Part shown: piece after piece, positions 1 to 9,249 of the stretch
Layout: every line of letters starts with the position of its first letter
Position numbering within the stretch: the first letter of the stretch is position 1
DNA from: Paracoccaceae bacterium
Lineage (GTDB): Bacteria; Pseudomonadota; Alphaproteobacteria; Rhodobacterales; Rhodobacteraceae
Direction: 5' to 3'
Assembly: GCA_029938175.1 (NCBI GenBank)
Contig: JAPYON010000001.1
Span: 75,659-139,658 of the forward strand
Length of the DNA stretch: 64,000 nucleotides
Notes under the pieces: model-generated
Databases searched by the model: none
What the model was told of the DNA's origin: nothing
Seen by the model: only the letters and a program-made list of their open reading frames with translations
Made by a program: the position numbers and the translations under genes

Positions 1-210
1 GAGCTGGTGATTGATGTGGGTGAAGTTGAGGAAGTATTCGAAGTGCCGCTCGATTTCTTGATGGCACCAGAAAACATGCGCGTTCAGGGGCGAAACTGGC
101 AAGGGCATCGGCGGCAGTATTATACGATTCCGTATGGGCCGTATTATATTTGGGGCGCAACGGCGCGGATGATAAAGGTGCTGGCTGACAAGGTGGCGCG
201 ATGCGCGTAA
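1..210 (+). CDS. CoA pyrophosphatase (Nudix family), C-terminal part, truncated by window start
   Basis: Open frame from base 1; EVEEVFEVPLDFL...YYIWGATARM is typical of the CoA pyrophosphatase C-terminus; sits directly upstream of the CCA-adding enzyme. Confidence 0.85.
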   Translation, partial: ELVIDVGEVEEVFEVPLDFLMAPENMRVQGRNWQGHRRQYYTIPYGPYYIWGATARMIKVLADKVARCA

Positions 211-1355
211 CGGGAGATTGGCTGACTTCGGCGGATACGCAAACGGTGTTAGAAATGCTGACGGATGCTGGTCATCAAGCGTATGCGGTGGGTGGCTGTG
301 TTCGGAATGAATTGTTAGGCGTGCCCGTCGCGGACGTGGATATTGCCACAAGTGCGTTGCCAGAACAGGTAGTCAAGATTGCTGAAGGCGCTGGGCTAAA
401 AGCGGTCCCGACAGGTATGGAGCATGGGACAATTACCGTTATTAGCAACGGCGAGCCGTTCGAAGTTACGACTTTTCGCAAGGACATAGAAACGAATGGA
501 CGTCACGCTGTCATAGCTTTTTCCGACAATCTGAACGACGATGCCATTCGGCGCGATTTCACGGTTAATGCTTTGTATGTTCAGGCCGATGGAACCTTGA
601 ACGATCCATTGGGCGGACTACCGGATATTGAAGCGCGGCGTATCAGGTTTATCGAGGATGCGGCGCAACGGATCGAGGAAGATTATCTTAGGATACTAAG
701 ATTCTTTCGGTTTACTGCTTGGTACGGCAGCCCGAATGAAGGTCTCGACGCGGAAGGATTGGCGGCCTGTGCCGCGCATATAGATGGCATTCAGAGCTTA
801 TCGAAAGAACGCCTTGGCGCAGAAACGAAAAAATTGTTGGCGGCCCCTGATCCTGCACCGGCATTGATGGCGATGGCCGCTAGCGGTGCTTTGCAGCAAA
901 TATTGCCCGGGGCAGACCCGCAATACATTGCACCGATGGTTCATCTTGAGGCTGTGGATAATATTCCGGCGAGCTGGTTACGCAGGATGGTAGCAATGGG
1001 TGGTGATGGTGCAGCAAAACGACTACGCCTTTCAAACGCCGAGACGCGATATATTCAAGATGTGCAAACGGCTATGGCGTCCGGAGAGCCTGTCAAGGTT
1101 ACGGCTTATAAATTCGGAGCTGAGGTTGCCCGCGATGCCGAGCTTATTAAAGCTGCTTCATTGTCATGCCCTTTGCCGAATACCCTATTAGATGATCTAG
1201 CAGCAGGCGCTGCCGCCAAATTTCCTATTCGCGGCGCTGACCTTATCGACCAAATGGACGCTGGTCCGGAACTGGGGAAAGAGCTGAAGAGGCTGGAAAA
1301 CCTTTGGATTAATGCGGACTTCCTACCTTCAAAATCCGATCTGCTACGTAGTTGA
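201..1355 (+). CDS. cca: CCA tRNA nucleotidyltransferase
   Basis: AVGGCVRNELLG..DVDIAT, EVTTFRKD, DAIRRDFTVNALY and EDYLRILRFFRF motifs. Confidence 0.93.
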   Translation: MRVTGDWLTSADTQTVLEMLTDAGHQAYAVGGCVRNELLGVPVADVDIATSALPEQVVKIAEGAGLKAVPTGMEHGTITVISNGEPFEVTTFRKDIETNGRHAVIAFSDNLNDDAIRRDFTVNALYVQADGTLNDPLGGLPDIEARRIRFIEDAAQRIEEDYLRILRFFRFTAWYGSPNEGLDAEGLAACAAHIDGIQSLSKERLGAETKKLLAAPDPAPALMAMAASGALQQILPGADPQYIAPMVHLEAVDNIPASWLRRMVAMGGDGAAKRLRLSNAETRYIQDVQTAMASGEPVKVTAYKFGAEVARDAELIKAASLSCPLPNTLLDDLAAGAAAKFPIRGADLIDQMDAGPELGKELKRLENLWINADFLPSKSDLLRS

Positions 1356-1397
1356 CAGCCGTGTCGATTTTTGAAAGGTGTCACACACCCTGACCTA

Positions 1398-1690
1398 ATG
1401 GAATTTTTGAGACGCCTATCGACTCTCTGATCGCCCTTATCGGCATCTTAATGGCTGCGATGTGGACGCATGGTCCTAACAATTTAATGTTGGCATCGTC
1501 TGGCGCGACCTTTGGTTTGTGGGCGACGCTGCCGCATGTTGCCGGGGTGCTTCTTGGCTTTGGGCGAGATAGTCGAGCAATTTCCAATACTAAATTAGCC
1601 CTTCGATGGATGGATGGGTGCTGGGCTGCTGTTGTGGGTGGCATGGCGAACGTTCTATCATACTGGCCGACATTCTTGCGGCGGGGTTAG
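1398..1690 (+). pseudogene. Degraded LysE-family translocator
   Basis: WTHGPNNLMLASSGATFG..TLPHVAGVLLGFG is the LysE N-terminal motif; frameshift near the ATG at 1398, and a later segment (GEIVEQFPILN*..GAGLLLWVAWR) lies in another frame with a stop; tandem with an intact paralogue. Confidence 0.75.
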
Positions 1691-1694
1691 GTGA

Positions 1695-2279
1695 ATGAGC
1701 TTTGATCCTTTCTATGTGTTTGTGCTGGTGGGGTTGTCCTCGCCCGGACCCAATATTGTGTTGTTGCTGGCATCCGGTGCACGGTTTGAATTTCGTCGAA
1801 CATTGCCGCATGTAGTTGGCATCGCTATAGGTATTTCAGTGACGGCGGGCCTTACGGGCCTTGGGCTGGGCGCGTTGATCCTGAAATACCCAACCGTTTC
1901 GTTTGCACTAAAACTTCTGGCGGCGGGGTGGATCTTTTATCTTGGATATCGGCTGTATAGTTCGTTGAACGTTCCGAAAGTCGAGTCGAAGGATCTCCCG
2001 CTCACCATTATCGAAGCAGTGCTGTTCCAATGGATCAATCCCAAAGTTTGGGCGATCGCGATGGCGGCAGCGGCGGGTTATGGGCTTGGTCAGCCGCCAC
2101 TGCGGGAGGGGTTGCGAATGGCGTTAACCTTTGGTGGATTTAACCTGATGGTATGCTTGTTCTACGCAAATACGGGAAACTGGCTGGCACGGTTCTTTGA
2201 TACCCCAGTGCTTTGGCACCGTTTTATGACTGTGATGGCGGTGTTGGTGGGCCTGTCAGGCTTGGCGACCTTTCTTTAA
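1695..2279 (+). CDS. LysE-family translocator
   Basis: SPGPNIVLLLASGARF..TLPHVVGI and FQWINPKVW motifs; hydrophobic helices. Confidence 0.88.
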   Translation: MSFDPFYVFVLVGLSSPGPNIVLLLASGARFEFRRTLPHVVGIAIGISVTAGLTGLGLGALILKYPTVSFALKLLAAGWIFYLGYRLYSSLNVPKVESKDLPLTIIEAVLFQWINPKVWAIAMAAAAGYGLGQPPLREGLRMALTFGGFNLMVCLFYANTGNWLARFFDTPVLWHRFMTVMAVLVGLSGLATFL

Positions 2280-2843
2280 ACCTTGCCACCATTCATCGGA
2301 CGCAAGCGCCTTGCGCAACGGGGTGAGCGTTTGAAAAGGCGCGTTTTCAATGTAACTGTGGGCCTCGGACAAACTTTCACCAGTCAGGGTTCGAAGGTAT
2401 GACTTTCCGGCATCCACAGAAAACTCTTGGTTTGTATGAGAGCTGAAATTTGGTTCCAAATCAGTCCAAACAGCCCCTGCCCAGCTGTTAGCTTTGCACC
2501 ATTTTGACACCGTGGAGCAGACAGTGGACATCCGCCCTGTTTGCAAACCGTGGACATGGACCGCGCCGATCAAATTAATGGGTGCGCGCTCACGCTTTGC
2601 GAGATCACTGATCGTTTGCGCCACATCAGCCCTGTTCGACTCGATGACGTGCGTTGCGCAATTAACGCCTACAATTGGATCGAGGCATACAACGAGGCCA
2701 AGCTTGCGTTTTGGTGAAATACGACTGAATTCCATTGGCAGGCGTGGCCCAGCCTCCATTAACCAATCGCCTTTGGTGTGTGGAGACAGATTCTCTAGAT
2801 CCCAGATTAGCGAACCCCAGCCAATGATCGCAATACGGCTCAC
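2256..2843 (-). CDS. Hypothetical protein, possibly gamma-glutamylcyclotransferase-like fold
   Basis: 195-aa ORF with ATG start; N-terminal IAIIGWGSLIW resembles the F/YGYGSL loop of GGCT/ChaC proteins. Confidence 0.6.
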   Translation of the reverse strand: MSRIAIIGWGSLIWDLENLSPHTKGDWLMEAGPRLPMEFSRISPKRKLGLVVCLDPIVGVNCATHVIESNRADVAQTISDLAKRERAPINLIGAVHVHGLQTGRMSTVCSTVSKWCKANSWAGAVWTDLEPNFSSHTNQEFSVDAGKSYLRTLTGESLSEAHSYIENAPFQTLTPLRKALASDEWWQGLKKGRQA

Positions 2844-2886
2844 AGGACGGGCGATAGTGTATTTCCGAAAGGAAGAAACGCTAGCT

Positions 2887-3780
2887 TCACGGCCATTTGC
2901 ATTCCGGGGGCAGGGACATCAATACGGCTTCGGGGTTGTGACCTGTCTGCAAGCCGAATTGGGTGCCGCGATCGTAAACAAGATTGAACTCGGCATAACG
3001 GCCACGTTTAATCAATTGAATTTCACGGTCTGCATCCGCCCATGTTTCGTTCACGCGTTTTTCGGTAATTGGCAAGAAAGCCTTCAGAAAGGCGCGGCCT
3101 ACGTCTTGAGTAAAGGCAAAGTCCGCCTCCCAATCGCCAGTGTTGTGATCGTCATAGAAGACGCCGCCGACTCCGCGTGGCTCGTTCCAATGTTTTATCA
3201 TAAAGTATTCGTCGGCCCATTTCTTGTATTTCGGGTAGTAGGTTGGGTCGTGTGCGTCGCAAGCTTCGCGTAAGCGGGCGTGGAAGAATTCGGTATCTTC
3301 TACGACTTCAACCATTGGGTTCAGGTCAGCGCCACCGCCGAACCACCATCCGTGCGGGGTCCAGAACATCCGTGTGTTCATGTGGACTGCGGGGGTTTTG
3401 GGGGATCGCATATGGGCGACCAGTGAAATACCAGCGGCCCAGAACCGGGGGTCTTGCGTGATGCCGTCCATTCCGATGCGTGACTTCATCGAGCGCTGTG
3501 CTGCCTCGCCAAGTGTTCCGTAAACTGTCGAGATGTTAACGCCGACTTTCTCGAATACGCGCCCACCACGCATGACGGACATTTCACCGCCACCTGCATC
3601 CGAACCATCACCATTGTCGCGCTTAGTCGGCTTGCGCTCGAACCGCCCCGCAGGTAAATCGGCGTGCGGACCAGTAGTTTGAACATCCTCCAAGCCTTCG
3701 AAAGCCAAACAAATTTGGTTGCGGAGGTCCTCGAACCAAGCCGAGGCGCGGGCCTTTTCATCAGTAAGACTGTCAACCAC
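2887..3780 (-). CDS. hemF: Oxygen-dependent coproporphyrinogen-III oxidase
   Basis: FEKVGVNISTVYG, WWFGGGADLNP, RGVGGVFYD and RGRYAEFNLVYDRGTQFGLQTG motifs; GTG start at 3780 is inferred. Confidence 0.95.
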   Translation of the reverse strand: MVDSLTDEKARASAWFEDLRNQICLAFEGLEDVQTTGPHADLPAGRFERKPTKRDNGDGSDAGGGEMSVMRGGRVFEKVGVNISTVYGTLGEAAQRSMKSRIGMDGITQDPRFWAAGISLVAHMRSPKTPAVHMNTRMFWTPHGWWFGGGADLNPMVEVVEDTEFFHARLREACDAHDPTYYPKYKKWADEYFMIKHWNEPRGVGGVFYDDHNTGDWEADFAFTQDVGRAFLKAFLPITEKRVNETWADADREIQLIKRGRYAEFNLVYDRGTQFGLQTGHNPEAVLMSLPPECKWP

Positions 3781-3942
3781 AGCGGGATTTCCTTTTCGAA
3801 ATTGCACATTAATGTGTCGATACAATATTCTCATAACTTGCGATTGACCGCAAAACAATCACTGAATACTGTTGCGGCATCCAATATGGTGGAGGAAGTG
3901 CAATGATTTCAATCCGGATATATATTTTAGCCTCTTAGGCCC

Positions 3943-4239
3943 CGGATTGTTGATGCTTACGCCAACATCGAAAGCGTTAAGTTGTTCGCGCACGGTAAGC
4001 GAGAAGAGAAATATGCCCTATCCGCGATTCAGGACACGCTTTATGGCGTGATGGAGGGCAAAACGGTGATTGTAATTGCGTACCGTCTGTCTACGATTGC
4101 GCAAATGGACCGGATTATCGTGTTGGACGCTGGGCGCGTGGCCGAACAAGTCACACATGCACATCTATTGGCTCTTGATGGGTTGTATGCAGATTTCTGG
4201 AACCGCCAGTCGGGCGGAATTATCGGGGCAGACGATTGA
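3943..4239 (+). pseudogene. Internally deleted remnant of an ABCB-type transporter
   Basis: IVDAYANIESVKLFAHGKREEKYALSAI (membrane-domain segment) fused in frame to QDTLYGVMEGKTVIVIAYRLSTIAQMDRI..FWNRQSGG (ATPase C-terminus); both parts parallel the intact neighbour. Confidence 0.85.
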
Positions 4240-6071
4240 AGTATTTCGAAAATCTTTTTGATCCATTTGCGAATGCAGACGGCCCCCCGCCAACAACACT
4301 GATTGCCTTTGGGAAGTGGTCGTTTGCAGGGGCCGGTAAAGCGGTCGTAATGATGGGCGCGGTGTCGATACTGATTGGTTTGGGCGAGGTCGCTGCTGCT
4401 TGGGTAGTCGGCTTGATAATCGATCGAATAAACACGCACGGGCGCGAGGTTTTTCTGGACGGATTTATATGGCAGCTGTTCGGAATCGTCGGATTCATGC
4501 TGATATTAAGGCCGGCGATTATTCTGTTTCAGGGGGGGCTGAATTCGCTGGCATTCGGACCAGGGCTGTCAGTTCTTAGCCTGTTTCGTGTGCACAAATA
4601 TACGCTGGGCCAAAGCCTCGACTTTTTTGAGGATGACTTTGCGGGACGGATCAACCAAAAACAGATGCAAACCACCGCCGCGCTTGAAGAATTGCTGATG
4701 GAGCTGCTTAATGCAGTTTCATTTGCCGGAGCCATGATATTAGGCGGCGCAGCGGTGATGTTTTCATCGGACTGGCGTCTTTCAGCAGTGCTGCTTGGTT
4801 GGCTCGGGCTATATGTATTGGCGTTGTGGTGGGGGTTGCCCAAGATCCGCAAGCTGGGCAAAACCCGAGCCGAGGCGCGGTCTGCGATTTCAGGAAATTT
4901 TGTAGACAGTATTGCCAATATAACAACGGTCAAACTGTTTGCTCATTCCGAACGCGAAACGGAAGAGGCCCGCAAAACACTGTTACGTTTTCGAGAAGCG
5001 GCGCTGAGTTTCGGAAGGCAAGTTTTCAAGTTCCGGTTTGTTGTTGCGATTCTTGCGGGGTTGTTGCCAGTCGCGCTAGTTGGCGAATCGGTAGTGTTAT
5101 GGCTAAGCGGAGACAGCCAGACAGGTGCGATTGTTACGGCGGGTATTTTGGCCTCTCGCCTTGGTGCGATGACGGGTTGGTTTTCGTTCATGTTAATGGG
5201 GCTTTTCGCTGATATTGGCACTGCCGAAGATGGAATCGCAACACTGGCCAAGCCGTATCGTCTAATAGATGTGGATGGGGCGACACCGCCAACGGATTTT
5301 AGCGGCAAAATCCGGTTCGATAACGTGAAATTTCACTATGGCAGCAAACACGGCGGCGGGCTGGATGGGTTCAGCCTGACGATAAAGCCCGGCGAAAAGG
5401 TGGCGCTGGTCGGGCGATCGGGCGCTGGGAAATCGACGGTGTTGTCATTGTTGCTGCGAATGCGAGATGTTGAAAGCGGTGCAATTTTTCTGGATGGGCA
5501 GGACGTCCGAATGCTTACTCAAGATGGATTGCGCCGGCAAATAGGTATGGTGACGCAGGATACGCAGATGTTTAACCGATCGGTTCGGGATAACATTCTA
5601 TACGGCAGACCGGATACAACAGACGCAGATCTGATGGCGGCCTGTGAACAAGCGCAAGCGGCTGAATTTATTGTGGGAATGGCTGATGGTAAAGGCCGTG
5701 TCGGGCTGGATGCCTATCTCGGTGAACGCGGCGTGAAGTTGTCGGGTGGACAGCGGCAGCGGATTGCCCTAGCACGAGTTATCTTGAAAAACGCCCCGAT
5801 TCTGGCGTTGGACGAAGCGACCTCGGCACTAGATAGCGAGGTGGAGGCGGCGATTCAGGATACACTTGATGGCCTGATGGAAGGCAAGACCGTGGTTGCC
5901 ATCGCACACCGCCTTTCGACAATTGCGCAGATGGACCGAATTGTAGTGATGGATGACGGTCGAATAATCGAGCAGGGCACACACGCGGCCTTGCTAGCCA
6001 ATAACGGCCTATATGCCAGCCTTTGGTCGCGCCAATCGGGCGGGTTCATCGGAGTCGAGGCAGCGGAATGA
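4236..6071 (+). CDS. ABC transporter permease/ATP-binding fusion (ABCB exporter)
   Basis: N-terminal membrane domain; Walker A GRSGAGKS, signature LSGGQRQR, Walker B LALDEATSALD. Confidence 0.95.
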   Translation: MKYFENLFDPFANADGPPPTTLIAFGKWSFAGAGKAVVMMGAVSILIGLGEVAAAWVVGLIIDRINTHGREVFLDGFIWQLFGIVGFMLILRPAIILFQGGLNSLAFGPGLSVLSLFRVHKYTLGQSLDFFEDDFAGRINQKQMQTTAALEELLMELLNAVSFAGAMILGGAAVMFSSDWRLSAVLLGWLGLYVLALWWGLPKIRKLGKTRAEARSAISGNFVDSIANITTVKLFAHSERETEEARKTLLRFREAALSFGRQVFKFRFVVAILAGLLPVALVGESVVLWLSGDSQTGAIVTAGILASRLGAMTGWFSFMLMGLFADIGTAEDGIATLAKPYRLIDVDGATPPTDFSGKIRFDNVKFHYGSKHGGGLDGFSLTIKPGEKVALVGRSGAGKSTVLSLLLRMRDVESGAIFLDGQDVRMLTQDGLRRQIGMVTQDTQMFNRSVRDNILYGRPDTTDADLMAACEQAQAAEFIVGMADGKGRVGLDAYLGERGVKLSGGQRQRIALARVILKNAPILALDEATSALDSEVEAAIQDTLDGLMEGKTVVAIAHRLSTIAQMDRIVVMDDGRIIEQGTHAALLANNGLYASLWSRQSGGFIGVEAAE

Positions 6072-6796
6072 GCCAACGGCTGGATCAGGCGATAGTTGCC
6101 GCCGGGTTGGCGGAAAGCAGAGCGCGAGCACAGTCGTTGATCGCTGCGGGGGTCGTAATGGTTAACGAGAAGCTGGCGAAGAAGCCTTCACAAAAGGTTA
6201 ACGGCGAAGTTGAGATAGTCATTACCGCAAACCCCAACCCATGGGTTTCGCGCGCCGCTTTAAAACTGGATTTTGCCCTAAAGGAATTTGGACTGTCGCC
6301 GAAACGAGCTGTATGTCTGGATGTTGGCGCTTCGACTGGAGGTTTTACCGAGGTGCTTTTGATGAATGGCGCCAGTAAAGTTTATGCGCTGGATGTGGGG
6401 CATGGACAACTGCATAGCCGACTGCGAGACGACCAGAGAGTGGTTAATATCGAGGGGGTTAACGCCCGCGAAATCCCTAATGGACTGATTCCGCAAGTGG
6501 ACTGGATCGTGACAGATGTGTCGTTTATTTCGCTAGAAAAAGCGCTACCGCTGCCGCTAACTTTGACCCGAAAAGGAGCAGTTCTTGTGGCGCTGGTAAA
6601 GCCGCAATTTGAAGTTGGTCGCGAAAATATCGGCAAAGGCGGGATTGTGCGGGATGCGGTCGCTCAATCTCGTGCGCGAAACCGGATCGACACGTTTCTG
6701 GAAACCGAAGGCTGGCGGGTAACCGACCGTGGTAAAAGCCCTATCAGGGGTGGCGATGGAAACACAGAGTATCTGGTGGCTGCAAGGCGAATTTAA
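6068..6796 (+). CDS. tlyA: TlyA-family rRNA methyltransferase
   Basis: S4 domain RLDQAIV..SRARAQ, WVSRAALKL, LDVGASTGGFTEVLL, LVKPQFEVG and GGDGNTEYL; ATGA overlap with the upstream gene. Confidence 0.93.
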   Translation: MSQRLDQAIVAAGLAESRARAQSLIAAGVVMVNEKLAKKPSQKVNGEVEIVITANPNPWVSRAALKLDFALKEFGLSPKRAVCLDVGASTGGFTEVLLMNGASKVYALDVGHGQLHSRLRDDQRVVNIEGVNAREIPNGLIPQVDWIVTDVSFISLEKALPLPLTLTRKGAVLVALVKPQFEVGRENIGKGGIVRDAVAQSRARNRIDTFLETEGWRVTDRGKSPIRGGDGNTEYLVAARRI

Positions 6797-6811
6797 CACA
6801 AGTCATTGCCT

Positions 6812-6970
6812 TGTCTGACGTCAGCACTAATGGTGATCGGCCCCATCAATCGGCCCAAGTTTAATGTTAGCGCATGATTGACCCTTGGCCAACTCCAGTG
6901 GTTACGATGAACCAGAAATCCTCCGGTAATCAAATACGCAATTCTGTCTCATAAGTGCTGACTTCAGACA
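6812..6970. mobile_element. 159-bp element with 21-bp imperfect terminal inverted repeats (MITE or IS scar)
   Basis: Left end TGTCTGACGTCAGCACTAATG (6812-6832); reverse complement of right end (6950-6970) TGTCTGAAGTCAGCACTTATG; 19/21 match; no transposase and no clear target-site duplication. Confidence 0.6.
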
Positions 6971-7015
6971 GTTACATGCAGAATTTATAGTCAGTAACGT
7001 CATGCAAAAGTGCGG

Positions 7016-8446
7016 TTAATGCTTGTGCTTGATGTTTTCACCAAGAGGGCCGCGGACAATAGATTGCATAGCTTCAATGTCGGACCTGCGCCAAACAACT
7101 TCTACTATTGCACCTGTCGCGCGGGCAAGTTCCGGCGGCCCAGAAGGTGGTCTGGATCGTTTGCGCGGAACTTCAGAGCCGTTTGCAAAAGTTAGCCTCG
7201 CACCCGACCTCTCCAGTAGAGTTTTCGCAATGAATAATCCCAATCCCATACCTTCGTATTCGGGCCGCGTGGACTGCGACCTTTGTTTTTCTTTCCGCTT
7301 CCTCACAAACGGGTCGCCAATTTTACCAATTAAATCCGATGGATATCCCATACCGTCATCGCCGATGTGAATTCGCAACTCTTTATCGTCCCAGTCAATA
7401 TCGATCCACACTCGCGCCGCTGCAAAGTCAACAGCATTTTGAACGAGGTTACGAAGACCGTGAATGATTTCCGCTCGCCGTAGGATTTCGGGTTGGTCGG
7501 GGATGATATTGGGCTGAACGGTTCCGGCGACGCGGATAATGATCATTTTTCCGCGATCCATGTGCGGTGCGGCCGCTTCTTCTACGGCGGCCGAAACAGG
7601 AGTATGATGCAAATGTGTGTCGTCTTTGCCACTACGCCCCATGTCTCGCAAAATATCACGACAGCGGTCGGCTTGGGTGCCAATAAGTTTCGCATCATTA
7701 TAAAGGTGTGGGCTATCTCCCAGTTCGTCCGCCAATTCGGCGGCAACCAGCTTGATAGTCGCTAGTGGAGTACCGAGTTCGTGGGCAGCGGCTGCAATTA
7801 CGCCGCCCAAGGCGGTCAGCCGCTGCTCCCGTCCTAGCGCTAGTTGAGTTGCCGTCAAAGCTTCGGACATGGAAAAAGTTTCTTCGGTGACGCGATGCGC
7901 ATAGGATGCCAGAAAGACGCCAGAAGTTACAAGCGCGGCCCATGTACCGTAAATCAGCAAGTCTGGTAACTTAATAAGTTCGCCTGAAAAAGTGGTTAAC
8001 GGGATGTAAAACCGTACCAAAAGAGAGATAAGCGAAAGGAAAACCATCCCTACAACGACCGTTGCCCGTATTGTAAGGGCGGTGGCCGAAATAATCACGG
8101 GGGAAAGCATCAAAATAACAAACGGGTTTGAAAGGCCGCCGGTCAATGATACCAGAAATGCTAATTGAAACAGATCGAACATTAGGGTTAACATTGCGCC
8201 GCGTTCAGACAATCGGTTATTGGCCGGGAAAATAACAGTTGTGACGATATTGAATGACGCAGAAACGCCCAAAGCGGCAGCGCACAGATCAAGCCTAAGG
8301 CTGACTTCCAATACACGGTTGGCAATAATTATCGCAGCCAGCTGGCCCACAATTGCTAGCCAACGCAATAAGATCAGCGTCCGCAAGCGCAACCATTTAC
8401 TGCGAGCGGAGCTGTTGAAAAGTTTTACCGGGGCCTCGGTCATCAT
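7016..8446 (-). CDS. regB: Redox sensor histidine kinase RegB/PrrB
   Basis: TGGLSNPF quinone-binding motif, AAAAHELGTPLATI H-box, QADRCRDIL redox cysteine, GMGLGLFI. Confidence 0.96.
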   Translation of the reverse strand: MMTEAPVKLFNSSARSKWLRLRTLILLRWLAIVGQLAAIIIANRVLEVSLRLDLCAAALGVSASFNIVTTVIFPANNRLSERGAMLTLMFDLFQLAFLVSLTGGLSNPFVILMLSPVIISATALTIRATVVVGMVFLSLISLLVRFYIPLTTFSGELIKLPDLLIYGTWAALVTSGVFLASYAHRVTEETFSMSEALTATQLALGREQRLTALGGVIAAAAHELGTPLATIKLVAAELADELGDSPHLYNDAKLIGTQADRCRDILRDMGRSGKDDTHLHHTPVSAAVEEAAAPHMDRGKMIIIRVAGTVQPNIIPDQPEILRRAEIIHGLRNLVQNAVDFAAARVWIDIDWDDKELRIHIGDDGMGYPSDLIGKIGDPFVRKRKEKQRSQSTRPEYEGMGLGLFIAKTLLERSGARLTFANGSEVPRKRSRPPSGPPELARATGAIVEVVWRRSDIEAMQSIVRGPLGENIKHKH

Positions 8447-8565
8447 GTATAGTTATCAGGCGTGCCGGTCTCATCCAACAGTAAATGCAACTGCTGCGCT
8501 TTGAGGTGTTGAATTCTAGGAGGAATTGCCTGATCTAAGGCGTATCACGTTGAAGGATATTTAAT

Positions 8566-9183
8566 ATGCATCGGATATTTGCCATTCTCGCCGCCACAAT
8601 TGTCCTGACCGGTCTGGCCAGCGCCGTTTTCATCGCACTTCGCCCCCAGCCGGCTGATAGGTTTGCTGAGTGTCGGACTACGGCGGTCGCAGGCGGCAGC
8701 GCCGCAATCGGTGGCCCATTCGAGTTGACAGACCATAATGGGCAGCGTGTCACGGAGGTCGATATTATCGACGGGCCGACGTTGATGTACTTTGGATACA
8801 CCTTTTGCCCCGACGTTTGCCCGTTGGATACATATCGCAACGCCGAGGCGGCTGCTTTGCTGAGTGAAAACGGCATCAAAGTAAAGCCGGTGATGGTAAC
8901 TATAGATCCCGAGCGCGACACCCCCGAGGCCATGGCCTCGTTCGTTGAATATTTGCACGAAGATATGGTTGGACTGACTGGATCGGCCGCTGACATTGCG
9001 GCGGCTATCAAGGCGTATCGTGTCTATGCGGCAAAGAATGGTGACGATCAATATTATCTGATGGACCACTCAACATGGACATACCTGATGGATCCGAACG
9101 AGGGGTTTCTACAGTTTTTTGGCCGTGACGTTTCCGCCGAAAAAATGGCTGAGCAAGTCGCCTGCTTTGTAGATAAGATGTAA
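8566..9183 (+). CDS. senC: SCO-family copper chaperone SenC/PrrC
   Basis: YFGYTFCPDVCP CxxxC motif and YLMDHS; lies between regB and regA. Confidence 0.95.
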   Translation: MHRIFAILAATIVLTGLASAVFIALRPQPADRFAECRTTAVAGGSAAIGGPFELTDHNGQRVTEVDIIDGPTLMYFGYTFCPDVCPLDTYRNAEAAALLSENGIKVKPVMVTIDPERDTPEAMASFVEYLHEDMVGLTGSAADIAAAIKAYRVYAAKNGDDQYYLMDHSTWTYLMDPNEGFLQFFGRDVSAEKMAEQVACFVDKM

Positions 9184-9249
9184 AAGGTAGACTTAAACGC
9201 GCAGTTCTGTTATATATAAGAAAAATCGAATATAAGAAGGGAAACAACA

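Noticed and set aside
2494-3273. Long antisense or overlapping ORFs in the track (for example 2494-3273, 26907-27593, 56508-57347, 36181-36828)
   Set aside because: They are shadows of well-supported genes on the opposite strand, with no recognisable motifs.
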